Shown here: positions 51,422 to 61,243 of the stretch, piece by piece
Layout: each line of letters starts with the position of its first letter
Numbering within the stretch: position 1 is the stretch's first letter
Assembly: GCA_027021335.1 (NCBI GenBank)
Contig: JALUUO010000111.1
Span: 498 to 64,497, forward strand
Source: Nitrospirota bacterium
GTDB taxonomy: Bacteria; Nitrospirota; Thermodesulfovibrionia; SZUA-242
Reading direction: 5' to 3'
DNA length: 64,000 bases
Program-made: the position numbers and the translations under genes
The notes under the pieces: generated by a model
The model's database searches: none
Seen by the model: the letters and a program-made list of their open reading frames with translations, nothing else
Told to the model about the DNA's origin: nothing

Positions 51422-52672
51422 ATGCATAAATTAAGATTTACAACAGCCGGCGAATCACACGGCCGTACTCTTTGCGGCACCATCGAGGGAATTCCATCCA
51501 ACATGAAACTTGCAGCGGATGACATAAACCACGATCTTGCGCGCAGGCAGAAGGGCTACGGCCGGGGCGGGAGAATGAAAATCGAGTCTGACAGCGTCCA
51601 AATCCTCTCTGGCCTCAGGTGGGGAGCCACTCTTGGAAGCCCCATAAGCCTACTTATAGAGAATAAGGACTGGCCGAACTGGGAAAGAGGTATGTCAATA
51701 GATGCACTTGATACCGGGGCTATTGATCCGGTTGTACGGCCAAGGCCAGGGCATGCCGATCTTGCCGGAGCGCTTAAGTATGATCAAGATGATGTACGTA
51801 ATATACTTGAACGATCAAGCGCCCGGGAGACTGCTATGCGGGTTGCATTGGGCGCAATAGCTAAGAAGTTTCTTGCTGAAATAGGTATCAAAATCTATAG
51901 CTACGTAATTGAAATAGGACCTGAAAAGGCTTACTTGGAACCTTTTGTTACGGAGGCAAGCTCGGATAATTTTTCAGATAGCTCCTCAGATAGTTTTTCG
52001 GATAATCTTTCGGATAATCTTTCGGATAATTTTTTCGAAAAATTTTATGAAAACCTCTTTGACAGGGCTGAAGCCTCAGAGCTGCGATGTCCGGACAATG
52101 ACGCCTCGGAAAGGATGAAGTATGAGATAGATCTGGCCATTAAAAAGGGGTATTCGCTTGGAGGTGTTTTCGAAATTGCGGCCACAGGCGTTCCTCCAGG
52201 CCTTGGAAGCCATGTTCAGTGGGATAGAAGGCTGAATGCGAGACTGGGCAAAGCAATAATGAGTATCCAGGCAATAAAAGGGGTTGAGATAGGCCTTGGG
52301 TTCGAGATGGCCCGGCGTCCGGGTTCCGAGGTGATGGATGAAATATTTCACGGGCCTGGGGGTTATTACAGGGAAACAAACAACAGCGGCGGCATAGAAG
52401 GTGGAATATCGATCGGCATGCCGGTTGTTCTGCGCGCCGCCATGAAACCTATCCCGACTCTTCGGCGGCCTCTGAAATCCGTTAATATCCGCACTCATGA
52501 ACCAATGGAGGCTGCCTACGAGCGATCAGACGTTTGTGCGGTGCCGGCTGCCGCCGTTGTGGGAGAAGCAATGACAGCCTTAACACTTGCCGACGAGGTG
52601 CTTATTAAGTTCGGTGGTGACTCAATGGCGGAATTAAAAAGAAATCTGGAAGGCTACTTAAACTCTTTGTAA
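51422..52672 (+). CDS. aroC: Chorismate synthase with a ~50-aa low-complexity (SDN-repeat) insertion
   Basis: [22 protein letters not shown]-terminus and a conserved C-terminal half. The insertion …[34 protein letters not shown]… is encoded by ~12-bp tandem repeats. Confidence 0.85.
   Translation: MHKLRFTTAGESHGRTLCGTIEGIPSNMKLAADDINHDLARRQKGYGRGGRMKIESDSVQILSGLRWGATLGSPISLLIENKDWPNWERGMSIDALDTGAIDPVVRPRPGHADLAGALKYDQDDVRNILERSSARETAMRVALGAIAKKFLAEIGIKIYSYVIEIGPEKAYLEPFVTEASSDNFSDSSSDSFSDNLSDNLSDNFFEKFYENLFDRAEASELRCPDNDASERMKYEIDLAIKKGYSLGGVFEIAATGVPPGLGSHVQWDRRLNARLGKAIMSIQAIKGVEIGLGFEMARRPGSEVMDEIFHGPGGYYRETNNSGGIEGGISIGMPVVLRAAMKPIPTLRRPLKSVNIRTHEPMEAAYERSDVCAVPAAAVVGEAMTALTLADEVLIKFGGDSMAELKRNLEGYLNSL
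51962..52030 (+). repeat. In-frame ~12-bp tandem repeat (TCGGATAATYTT and variants, ~5 copies) inside aroC
   Basis: Read directly from the sequence; it encodes the S-D-N/S-F/L repeats. Confidence 0.85.
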
Positions 52673-52742
52673 CTCCAATACCATCGTGGCAAGCTGCAAT
52701 ACACCAAGATTTTTAGTTTCACCAAGTTAAACGATTTCTTTC

Positions 52743-54344
52743 ATGAACATTATTCTTGTCGGATTTATGGGCTCTGGAAAAACAACGATCGGCCTGGAGC
52801 TGAGCCGCCTTACGGGCCGTCCGTTTGTGGACACCGATGAAATTATCGTTGAAGTTGAAAATGACAGCATTGCATCTATCTTCAAGAAAAAAGGCGAGAA
52901 ATATTTCCGGAAGATTGAGCAGAAGGTGGTTTGCGAGGTCGCTTCGCGCACAGGTGTGATCATATCAACCGGCGGTGGTGTAATGCAAAACCCTGATAAC
53001 GTGCTGAGGCTTAAAAACAGTGGTATTCTTGTCTGGCTTAAAACCGAGCCTGAAATCATACTTAAAAGAACAATGGGCGACGGCGGAAAACGCCCGCTTC
53101 TTAACGTGGATGAACCGCTTATGGAGATAAATAAACTTCTTAGTACTCGCACTGAATCGTACAAGCTGGCCGATATATGTATAGATACCAGCTATATTAC
53201 GGTTGGCGAAGGTGTGCAGGAAATACGTGAAAAACTCGCGCTTGACTGCGAGTCTGTCCGTGTGGAGCCGGCCGGAGAAGAAAAAGAGGACAGAAGCTAC
53301 GAGATCCTAATAGGCAGGGGCACGCTGCATGGGCTCGGAGCCAGGATTCAAGGGCTTCGCCCGACGCAGGTGGCTGTTGTGTCTAACCCAAAGATTTTCG
53401 CGCTATATGGAGACCAGGTCGAAAGTTCGCTCAGCAGCCATGGAATCAAGTCCAGACGTGTTGTTATTCCGGACGGCGAAGAGTACAAGCATTTTTTGTG
53501 GCTATATAAAATTCTAAGTGAACTCCTGTCAAACCGGTTTGACCGAAAAAGTCTGATCGTGGCCCTTGGCGGAGGAGTGATTGGCGATATCTCCGGTTTT
53601 GCCGCAGCAATATACATGCGGGGGATACGATGTGTGCAGGTACCCACTACGCTTCTTGCCCAGGTGGACAGCTCTGTCGGCGGAAAAACCGGTATAAACC
53701 ATCAACTGGGCAAGAACATGATCGGAGCATTTTTTCAACCCTCCCTGGTGGTTATGGACCAGAATGTTCTAAGCAGCCTGCCCCAAAGGCAACTACGGGC
53801 CGGACTGGCCGAAATCATCAAGTATGGCGTGATTCGAGACAGAGAACTTTTCGAAACCATGAAAAGGGAAAAGGAGGATATTATTGCTCTTGGCCCATCG
53901 CTTGATAAAATAATCATAAGGTCCTGCCAAATTAAGGCGGAAGTTGTTGCAGAAGATGAACGAGAGTCAGGCCTGCGGGCGATTTTGAATTACGGCCACA
54001 CCATCGGGCATGCCATAGAAACCCTTACAGAGTACAAACGTTATCTGCACGGCGAGGCGGTGGCAATAGGAATGCGGACTGCCGCGGATCTTGCGGTCGC
54101 ACTCGAGCTGCTTGAGACAAGCGAGGCCGATTCCATACGTAGATTGATCAGCAGTTACGGACTGCCTGTGACGATTCCGGAGGAGTTGTCCCCGGAAATG
54201 CTTATAGAGGCAATGGCTCTTGACAAAAAAACCGTTGGCAACATACTGAGTTTTGTTCTTCCCAGGTCCATCGGAAGCGTCGGTATTATTAAGAACGTGC
54301 CGAAATCCACAATAAAGAAAACGCTGAAACTTGCACAAAAATAA
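52743..54344 (+). CDS. aroKB: Bifunctional shikimate kinase / 3-dehydroquinate synthase (AroK-AroB fusion)
   Basis: N-terminal P-loop MNIILVGFMGSGKTTIG (shikimate kinase, ~170 aa). C-terminal DHQ synthase motifs (GGGVIGDISGFAAAIYMRGIRCVQVPTTLLAQVDSSVGGKTGIN, HTIGHAIE...HGEAVAIGM). Confidence 0.85.
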   Translation: MNIILVGFMGSGKTTIGLELSRLTGRPFVDTDEIIVEVENDSIASIFKKKGEKYFRKIEQKVVCEVASRTGVIISTGGGVMQNPDNVLRLKNSGILVWLKTEPEIILKRTMGDGGKRPLLNVDEPLMEINKLLSTRTESYKLADICIDTSYITVGEGVQEIREKLALDCESVRVEPAGEEKEDRSYEILIGRGTLHGLGARIQGLRPTQVAVVSNPKIFALYGDQVESSLSSHGIKSRRVVIPDGEEYKHFLWLYKILSELLSNRFDRKSLIVALGGGVIGDISGFAAAIYMRGIRCVQVPTTLLAQVDSSVGGKTGINHQLGKNMIGAFFQPSLVVMDQNVLSSLPQRQLRAGLAEIIKYGVIRDRELFETMKREKEDIIALGPSLDKIIIRSCQIKAEVVAEDERESGLRAILNYGHTIGHAIETLTEYKRYLHGEAVAIGMRTAADLAVALELLETSEADSIRRLISSYGLPVTIPEELSPEMLIEAMALDKKTVGNILSFVLPRSIGSVGIIKNVPKSTIKKTLKLAQK

Positions 54345-54411
54345 CCGGCTAAAAAGCCATAAGACCAAACAAGCCAACAGGACCTATAAATAAACAAAAA
54401 TAAACAAAAAA

Positions 54412-54942
54412 CTAAGGAAGATAGCCTTTCAGCATATCATCTGTTTTTTTGGTGTTCCACTTGCGGGGACCTATGAATCTCTCAACAACAACTCCCTCGG
54501 TGTTTATAATAAATGTCTCCGGGATACCTGTAAGCCCGAAGGTCTTAGCCATTTTTCCATCCGGGTCTATAAGAACCGGAAACTTATATCCATAACCATT
54601 GACAAACGCCGCTGCCTCGCCCGGGTCGTCGTCATATAGTACGGCAAGCATCTGAAACTGTTCTGACTCCATTTTTTTGCGCAACTCCTCCATGGAAGGC
54701 ATTTCCTCACGGCAAGGCGGGCACCAGGTAGCCCAGAAGTTCAGAAAAATCACCTTTCCCTTTAACCCGGAAAGACTCCATGACTTTCCAGTTGTGTCAC
54801 TTAGCACAAAATCCGGAGCAGGCTTTCCAACCTCGGCTTTAGGTCCTTTATATTCCGCTCCCTGTTGACAGGCGCCGGCAGAAAACAGTAACGGCACAAA
54901 AATCAATACAAAAAATATAAAACGATTATAAGTATGTGTCAT
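54412..54942 (-). CDS. TlpA/ResA-family thioredoxin-like lipoprotein
   Basis: Lipobox LFSAGACQQG and active-site FLNFWATWCPPCREEMP. Confidence 0.8.
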   Translation of the reverse strand: MTHTYNRFIFFVLIFVPLLFSAGACQQGAEYKGPKAEVGKPAPDFVLSDTTGKSWSLSGLKGKVIFLNFWATWCPPCREEMPSMEELRKKMESEQFQMLAVLYDDDPGEAAAFVNGYGYKFPVLIDPDGKMAKTFGLTGIPETFIINTEGVVVERFIGPRKWNTKKTDDMLKGYLP

Positions 54943-54948
54943 TTTTTC

Positions 54949-55836
54949 TTATCTCCAAAGATCATCAAGTTTGAGATTCGTCAGGGAAAGCGGGTTGACA
55001 TTTACTCCCCAAAGCTTTGTGCCGATGTGCAGGTGCGGACCTGTAGCACGGCCGGTTGAGCCGACATATCCCACGACATCGTTTTTATCTACACTGCCGC
55101 CCGGCTCTGCGGCAAATCCATCCAGATGCATATAGAATGAGTAAAGACCATGTCCGTGGTCAATAACAATGGTTTTACCTCCAAAAAACAGGTCATCGGC
55201 CAGCACTATCTTTCCTGAGCTTATAGCATGAACAGGAGCACCGCGCTTCCCCTTAATATCTATTCCATTATGCGGACTTTTCTCTATGCCGTTAATAATA
55301 CGCCTTGAGCCAAATACGGCTCCTATTTTACCGTTAAGCGGTACAACAAAACCGCTGGTCCAGTATGCCGGTGAACCTATGCCCCATATCTTTTTCAGAC
55401 GGGCGGATTCGCGATCCGCCCTGGCTGCGTTTTTCGGACTTAATGTCACTTTATCTTCCGGCAGACTGAGCCGCTCCACGCGAAACGATGCATCCAGCAC
55501 CGTCAAGTCGACCGACCGCTTTTGGCCGTTAAACTCTACCTCAATCGGGTAACGGCCAGGGGAAAGTGACCGTTCCACAGAAGACAGCCCAAAATAAAGA
55601 CCTGTTTGTTTTTTTCTAAAATTTTTTGTGATTTTTTTTGTAAAAATTATTTTTTCTGTCTTCCGTCCGGCAAAACGGCCTACAGGCAAAGTGTTTTTGT
55701 TTCCCTGTGATTGCTCCACAATAACAAGAAATGCATCGCCCTGCGCTACTTCCGACGGCCTCAGACTTATGTTAAAAGCCGTTGCTGTTACAGGAGCTAA
55801 AAACAGTAAAAAAAGAGTAAGGGTTCGAATCCACAT
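54949..55836 (-). CDS. M23 family metallopeptidase
   Basis: Signal peptide; HNGIDIKGKRGAPVHA...GSTGRATGPHLH with HxxxD/HxH zinc ligands. Confidence 0.85.
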   Translation of the reverse strand: MWIRTLTLFLLFLAPVTATAFNISLRPSEVAQGDAFLVIVEQSQGNKNTLPVGRFAGRKTEKIIFTKKITKNFRKKQTGLYFGLSSVERSLSPGRYPIEVEFNGQKRSVDLTVLDASFRVERLSLPEDKVTLSPKNAARADRESARLKKIWGIGSPAYWTSGFVVPLNGKIGAVFGSRRIINGIEKSPHNGIDIKGKRGAPVHAISSGKIVLADDLFFGGKTIVIDHGHGLYSFYMHLDGFAAEPGGSVDKNDVVGYVGSTGRATGPHLHIGTKLWGVNVNPLSLTNLKLDDLWR

Positions 55837-55863
55837 ATTTACTACTATGTTGTAAACGCCAGA

Positions 55864-56361
55864 TCAGCGGTAATTCACAAACTCCATGTGAATACCCAGG
55901 TCTTTCTCTTTAAGCATAGACATAAATTTCTGAAGATCATCTAATTTTTTGCCCTTGATGCGGACCTGGTCTTTCTGGATCTCACCTTGAAGCTTCATTT
56001 TTGTTGTCTTTAGAAACTTAACTATCTCCTTGGCCTTATCCACCGGTATGCCCTGCTGAAGTGTTATACTCTGCCTGACGGCTCCACCTGCAGCCGGCTC
56101 CACACTGCTGTACTCCAGGGCCTTGATAGGAATCTTGCGTTTGACGAATTTTGTCTCAAGCACATCGACTACGCTTTTTAACCTGAAATCATCATCCGAA
56201 AGAATACGGATTTCATTTTTTTCCTTATCAAGCTCGATCTTTGTTTTCGTACCTTTAAAATCATAGCGGTTGTAAATCTCTTTCATCGCCTGGTTTATGG
56301 CGTTTTCAACCTCCGCAAGATCAACCTTTGATACAATATCAAACGATTTTTCACCAGCCAT
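55864..56361 (-). CDS. yajQ: YajQ-family (UPF0234) nucleotide/c-di-GMP-binding protein
   Basis: 165 aa, [26 protein letters not shown]-terminus. GGAAGGAG RBS. Confidence 0.8.
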   Translation of the reverse strand: MAGEKSFDIVSKVDLAEVENAINQAMKEIYNRYDFKGTKTKIELDKEKNEIRILSDDDFRLKSVVDVLETKFVKRKIPIKALEYSSVEPAAGGAVRQSITLQQGIPVDKAKEIVKFLKTTKMKLQGEIQKDQVRIKGKKLDDLQKFMSMLKEKDLGIHMEFVNYR

Positions 56362-56433
56362 ACAAATACTCCTTCCAAAGAATATGCTAAGGATTACAGA
56401 AACTAAGTTCTTGTCCCTGTGTGTTGCTGCAAA

Positions 56434-58908
56434 CTAATCAATCGGTTTTTTACGTAACCTCAAGGAATTGGTCACCACTGAAACAGAGCTAAACGCCATG
56501 GCTGCAGATGCTATCATGGGATTTAACAGCAGGTACGGACCCATAAGCGGCGAAAGCATTGCATGAAGCCATGGAAGCAGAAGCCCAAGTGGATAAAGAA
56601 GCCCTGCAGCAACCGGAATACCCACCACATTATAAAAGAAAGCCCAGAAAAGATTCTGTTTTATCGTCTGGATTGTCTGCCTCGAAAGCTGAATCGCCGC
56701 CGACACTCCACCTAAATCCCCCTGTATCAGCGTAATATCGGATGCCTCCATTGCGACGTCTGTTCCTGTTCCTATTGCCATGCCTACATCGGCCTCGGCA
56801 AGGGCTGGAGCATCGTTTATACCATCACCAACCATGGCTACGGTACTGCCTTTGCTTTTAAACTCCTTGAGAATCGACAATTTCCGGTCAGGCATAACCC
56901 CGGCATAGTAACGGTTGACACCGGTTTTTCTTGCAACAGCCGCGGCTGTGCCGTCATGATCTCCAGTCAGCATTACCACCTCAACACCCATATTTTTCAA
57001 CCTGGCCACAGCATCTAATGCTCCTTCCTTGACAGTATCGGCCAATGCAAAGACCGCCTCGATTCTGCCCGCCAGCGCCATAAAAATAGGCGTCATGCCC
57101 TCTGACGTAATTTCAGAAATGGTTTTCTCAGAGATGGGTTTTAGATCTACCGACTCTTTCCTCATAAATTCCTCGGTACCCACAACAACAGGAATATTCT
57201 CCACAACCGCCCTTATTCCACCACCGGCCACAGCCTCGAAATCTTTGGTTGAAACGGGCATCCGGATTCCCAGGGAGTCCAGATGGTTGACAAGCGCCCT
57301 TCCGTAAGGATGCTCTGAATAACGCTCGGCTCCGGCAGCTATTTTAAGCGCATCTTTCCAGGATGAAAAACGGCTATCTGCGGCAAGCTCAGTTCGTACA
57401 AGTTCGGGCTCTCCTTTTGTGATTGTACCGGTCTTATCAAGCAGCACTACATTCAACCGATGTGCCGTTTCAAGCGCCTCGGCATCCCTAATCAATATGC
57501 CTCTTTCAGCTCCGCGGCCGGTACCAACCATTATGGCGGTCGGCGTGGCAAGCCCAAGCGCGCATGGACAGGCTATGATTAAAACAGCCACCGCGTTCAT
57601 AAAAGCCATTGTAAAGGACGGTCCCAGCACCCACCACAATATAAATGTAAGCGCAGCCAGAACCATAACCGTAGGCACAAATATCGAAGCTACCTTATCA
57701 GCAAGCCTCTGTATTGGAGCCTTGCTGCCCTGTGCCTCTTCCACAAGGTGGATTATCTGCGCCAGGGCGGTTTCACTGCCTATTTTATCAGCTGTAAAAC
57801 GTATGCTTCCGGCCTTGTTAATCGTACCGCTATAAAGACGGCTTCCAGGTGTTTTTTCGACCGGAACGCTTTCGCCCGTAAGCATTGATTCATCTACGGT
57901 TGAAAACCCTTCTACGGCAATCCCGTCCACCGGAATCCGCTCACCCGGTCTTACAACCACTATCTCTCCAACCTGCACATCCTCAATCGGCACTTCCACC
58001 TCGACTCCATCCCGGATCAGCACCGCTTTCTTTGGCTGTAACCCCATAAGGCGGCGTATGGCTTCCGAGGTGCTGCCCTTAGCCCTGGCCTCTAGAAAGC
58101 GGCCAAACAGAATAAGCGTTATGATCGTGGCCGAGGTGTCAAAGTATATACCGGGTTTTATACCCGCGGCTTCGAATACTTCACTAAAAAACAGGGCAAC
58201 AAGGCTGTATATGAAAGCTGATGTAGTTCCTACAACAATCAGGGTATTCATGTTTGTCGATCCGTGACGAAGAGCCGACCAGGCAGGCCTGTAGAACCTG
58301 AGCCCGGCCCAGAACTGAACAGGCAATGCAAGAACAAGTTGAACATACGGATTTTTCAGCACGGGCAGCGAAAACATTGCGCCAAGCAGAATCGGCACAG
58401 CTAGCGAGGCACTGATGATTAAGGTCCGCTTTAAACTTCTGTACTCGGCCTCCCGGCGCTCCCGCTCCCTGTCTGCCGATTGAGTCTCTTCCAACGGCTC
58501 GACAGAGTATCCTGTCTCTTCCACTACATGTTTTAGTTTATTGAAATCCACAAGGGTGGGCACAACCTCAACAGTGGCTTTTTCAGCAGCCAGGTTCACA
58601 ACTGCAGAGCGCACTCCCTCGGTAGCAATAAGCGCACGCTCAACAGCCGAAACACAGGCGGCACATGTCATACCCCGAACCGAAAATGTAATCTTTTCGG
58701 TTTTAGGCTCGTAGCCTGCACTTTTTACTGCATTCATTAGAGAGTCCAGGGGAGTATCTTCCATCGTCTCCACAGCCGCCTTTTCAGCCAGAAGGTTTAC
58801 ACTTGCCGATGTCACCCCCTTTACGGCTTTAAGCTCCCGCTCCACGGCTGAGGAACACGCGGCACATGTCATACCGGCAATAGGTATGTCTATTCTTTTG
58901 TTACCCAT
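56434..58908 (-). CDS. copA: Copper-translocating P1B-type ATPase with two N-terminal HMA domains
   Basis: Two GMTCAACxSAVE metal-binding domains, CPC TM motif ([11 protein letters not shown]), [15 protein letters not shown]. Start set at the ATG at 58908 ([15 protein letters not shown]…); the ORF track extends to 59106 through a probable leader region. Confidence 0.9.
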   Translation of the reverse strand: MGNKRIDIPIAGMTCAACSSAVERELKAVKGVTSASVNLLAEKAAVETMEDTPLDSLMNAVKSAGYEPKTEKITFSVRGMTCAACVSAVERALIATEGVRSAVVNLAAEKATVEVVPTLVDFNKLKHVVEETGYSVEPLEETQSADRERERREAEYRSLKRTLIISASLAVPILLGAMFSLPVLKNPYVQLVLALPVQFWAGLRFYRPAWSALRHGSTNMNTLIVVGTTSAFIYSLVALFFSEVFEAAGIKPGIYFDTSATIITLILFGRFLEARAKGSTSEAIRRLMGLQPKKAVLIRDGVEVEVPIEDVQVGEIVVVRPGERIPVDGIAVEGFSTVDESMLTGESVPVEKTPGSRLYSGTINKAGSIRFTADKIGSETALAQIIHLVEEAQGSKAPIQRLADKVASIFVPTVMVLAALTFILWWVLGPSFTMAFMNAVAVLIIACPCALGLATPTAIMVGTGRGAERGILIRDAEALETAHRLNVVLLDKTGTITKGEPELVRTELAADSRFSSWKDALKIAAGAERYSEHPYGRALVNHLDSLGIRMPVSTKDFEAVAGGGIRAVVENIPVVVGTEEFMRKESVDLKPISEKTISEITSEGMTPIFMALAGRIEAVFALADTVKEGALDAVARLKNMGVEVVMLTGDHDGTAAAVARKTGVNRYYAGVMPDRKLSILKEFKSKGSTVAMVGDGINDAPALAEADVGMAIGTGTDVAMEASDITLIQGDLGGVSAAIQLSRQTIQTIKQNLFWAFFYNVVGIPVAAGLLYPLGLLLPWLHAMLSPLMGPYLLLNPMIASAAMAFSSVSVVTNSLRLRKKPID

Positions 58909-58973
58909 AACATAAATTATACAATATATGTTCGTCTTTAGCCTTAGCTGTTTTGCTATAATTGTTATGCGAT

Positions 58974-60380
58974 ATGCCTGATAAAAATACAGAGAAAAAA
59001 CTTGCGGCCCTTCCGTCGGTGGATGAGCTTTTAAGAACCTCGTCCGGAAGCGATTGGCTGGAGCTGTATCCAAGGAGCCTGGTGCTTCTTGTAATCCGTG
59101 AAACACTAAACAATATCAGGCGCAGAATGCTGGACGGTAAAACAGACTCCGTAGATTCACATGTTATTAATAAAACAATTTCCGAAAACCTCTACAGACT
59201 TTCCCAACCGCATTTACGCTCAGTAATAAACGCGACCGGTGTGATCCTTCACACCAACCTGGGCCGTTCACCAATCAGCCCTGCTATTTTCAAGCATGTT
59301 GCCGAAGTTTCTGCGGCTTATTCCAATCTGGAGTTTAATCTGGAACTCGGTAAGCGGGGCAAGAGATATAGTCATATAACCGGAATTCTGCGTGAGGTCA
59401 CCGGCGCCGAGGATGCACTTGTGGTTAACAACAATGCCGCAGCGGTTCTTTTGTGCCTGACCGCAATGGCTGCCGGCAAAGAGGTTATTGTCTCACGTGG
59501 AGAATTAATAGAGATAGGCGGAGCTTTTCGGATTCCTGATGTGATGAAAGCCGGCGGCGCTCTTTTAAGAGAGGTCGGCGCAACAAACAAGACCCACTTG
59601 CGTGATTACGAAAACGCCATAAGCGAGGAGACGGCTCTTCTTTTAAAGGTACATCCCAGTAACTACCGTGTGGTGGGTTTTACCCACGAAACATCTCTTG
59701 CGGAGTTGGTTGCGCTTAGCAAGTCCAGAAAGATTCCTGTAATGTACGACCTGGGAAGCGGCTCGCTTATCAACTTATCAAAGTACGGGATACCAGGCGA
59801 ACCCAGCGTGCGTGACGTTGTTTCATCCGATGTTGATCTTATAACCTTCAGCGGAGATAAGCTGCTTGGCGGCCCTCAGGGTGGAATAATCGTCGGCAAG
59901 AAAAAATACATTCAACAAATACAGCATCACCCACTAACCCGCGCCGTGCGTATTGACAAGATGACCCTGGCCGCGCTCGAAGCCACGCTCATGCTTTACC
60001 GTGATGAAGAGACAGCCATCAAAAAGATTCCCGTTCTTGCCATGCTTACCGCTCAAACTCCTGCGCTTCGCCGCCGAGCCAACCGCTTGGCTCGCAGCCT
60101 GCGTGATAAATTGGGAGAAAAAGCCACGGTTTCGGTTGTTAAGGAAACCTCTCAATCAGGCGGCGGCTCTCTTCCGGAACAGAACATGGAAACCTTTGCT
60201 GTTACCGTACGGCCGCAAAAACAGACTGTTTCTTCCCTGGAGAAAAAGCTCCGTCTTGGCAAGCCTCCGGTTGTGGCCAGGGTTAAAGACGACGCTGTTA
60301 TTCTTGATGTTCGTACTTTGCTGGATGATGAATTTTATCTGCTTGTTTCAGCCCTGAATTCAGCGATACCAGAAGAATAG
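58974..60380 (+). CDS. selA: L-seryl-tRNA(Sec) selenium transferase (selenocysteine synthase)
   Basis: LPSVDELL N-terminal motif like E. coli LPAIDRLL; PLP-Lys region [21 protein letters not shown]. The ORF track starts at the TTG at 58962; the ATG at 58974 is preferred. Confidence 0.85.
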   Translation: MPDKNTEKKLAALPSVDELLRTSSGSDWLELYPRSLVLLVIRETLNNIRRRMLDGKTDSVDSHVINKTISENLYRLSQPHLRSVINATGVILHTNLGRSPISPAIFKHVAEVSAAYSNLEFNLELGKRGKRYSHITGILREVTGAEDALVVNNNAAAVLLCLTAMAAGKEVIVSRGELIEIGGAFRIPDVMKAGGALLREVGATNKTHLRDYENAISEETALLLKVHPSNYRVVGFTHETSLAELVALSKSRKIPVMYDLGSGSLINLSKYGIPGEPSVRDVVSSDVDLITFSGDKLLGGPQGGIIVGKKKYIQQIQHHPLTRAVRIDKMTLAALEATLMLYRDEETAIKKIPVLAMLTAQTPALRRRANRLARSLRDKLGEKATVSVVKETSQSGGGSLPEQNMETFAVTVRPQKQTVSSLEKKLRLGKPPVVARVKDDAVILDVRTLLDDEFYLLVSALNSAIPEE

Positions 60381-60467
60381 TTGTTTGCTTTTTTTGTGTG
60401 TTTGAAAACTTTGTTTTTTTGAAAATTTTTTGAAAATTTTTTGAAAAAATATTGAAGACGAGTTTAA
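60381..60467. repeat. A/T-rich tandem TTGAAAATTTT-like repeats (3-4 copies) in the selA-radC intergenic region
   Basis: Read directly: …tttgaaaactttgtttttttgaaaattttttgaaaattttttgaaaaaatattgaag…. Confidence 0.8.
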
Positions 60468-61148
60468 ATGAAAAGCACTCCTGATCATACAAAGCACCGA
60501 AAAAGATTGAAGGCCAGGTATCTTGAAAGCGGCCTTTCCGGTTTTGCCGATCACGAAGTTGTAGAACTTCTTCTCACCTATGCTGTGGCCCGCAAAGATA
60601 TGAAACCTGCGGCTAAACGGCTTTTAAAGGAATTCAAAAGCCTCTCGGGTGTTGTATCAGCCGATCATGAAGATTTGACTCAAGTGGAGGAAATAGGAGA
60701 ACACTCGGCTATTCTATTAAGCCTGGTGCATGCCACTGCCGAGCGGTTTCTTAAGCAGGAATCAAAAAAACTTTTTAACCTCTCATCACCGCAGGCCCTG
60801 TACGACTATTGCCGAATTTCACTAGGTAAACAAAAACGGGAACAGTTCAGAGCCTATTACCTGAATGCAAAAAACAACCTGGTTGCCGAGGAAGTTCTTC
60901 AGGAGGGCACAGTAGACCAGACAGTGGTTTATCCCAGAACAGTGCTGGAACACGCGCTTAAACACAAAGCAGTAGGCGTGCTTTTCGCCCACAATCATCC
61001 AAGCGGCAACCTAACCCCTTCAAGCCATGATCTGAAACTTACCCGTCTGCTTATCAAAACCACGGCCACTCTGGGCATAAAGGTACATGATCACCTTATT
61101 GTCACAGAAGAGGGCTACCTGAGCTTCCATGAAAAGGGGTTGTTGTGA
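60468..61148 (+). CDS. radC: RadC-like JAB/MPN-domain protein (UPF0758)
   Basis: N-terminal HhH region and a JAMM motif HNHPSGNLTPSSHD. Confidence 0.85.
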   Translation: MKSTPDHTKHRKRLKARYLESGLSGFADHEVVELLLTYAVARKDMKPAAKRLLKEFKSLSGVVSADHEDLTQVEEIGEHSAILLSLVHATAERFLKQESKKLFNLSSPQALYDYCRISLGKQKREQFRAYYLNAKNNLVAEEVLQEGTVDQTVVYPRTVLEHALKHKAVGVLFAHNHPSGNLTPSSHDLKLTRLLIKTTATLGIKVHDHLIVTEEGYLSFHEKGLL

Positions 61149-61243
61149 TCTATCCAACGGAAGTGTGGAGGGAAAAACCCTCCTCAACACTTCAGACTAA
61201 AATTTAGACTAACCTTCCACCCCATTCGTTAATATCATTATAC

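Noticed and set aside
54345-54411. AAATAAACAAAA repeats in the convergent aroKB/tlpA intergenic region
   Set aside because: Simple A-rich low complexity with only a weak 4-bp stem (GGCT…AGCC). There is no convincing terminator or repeat element.
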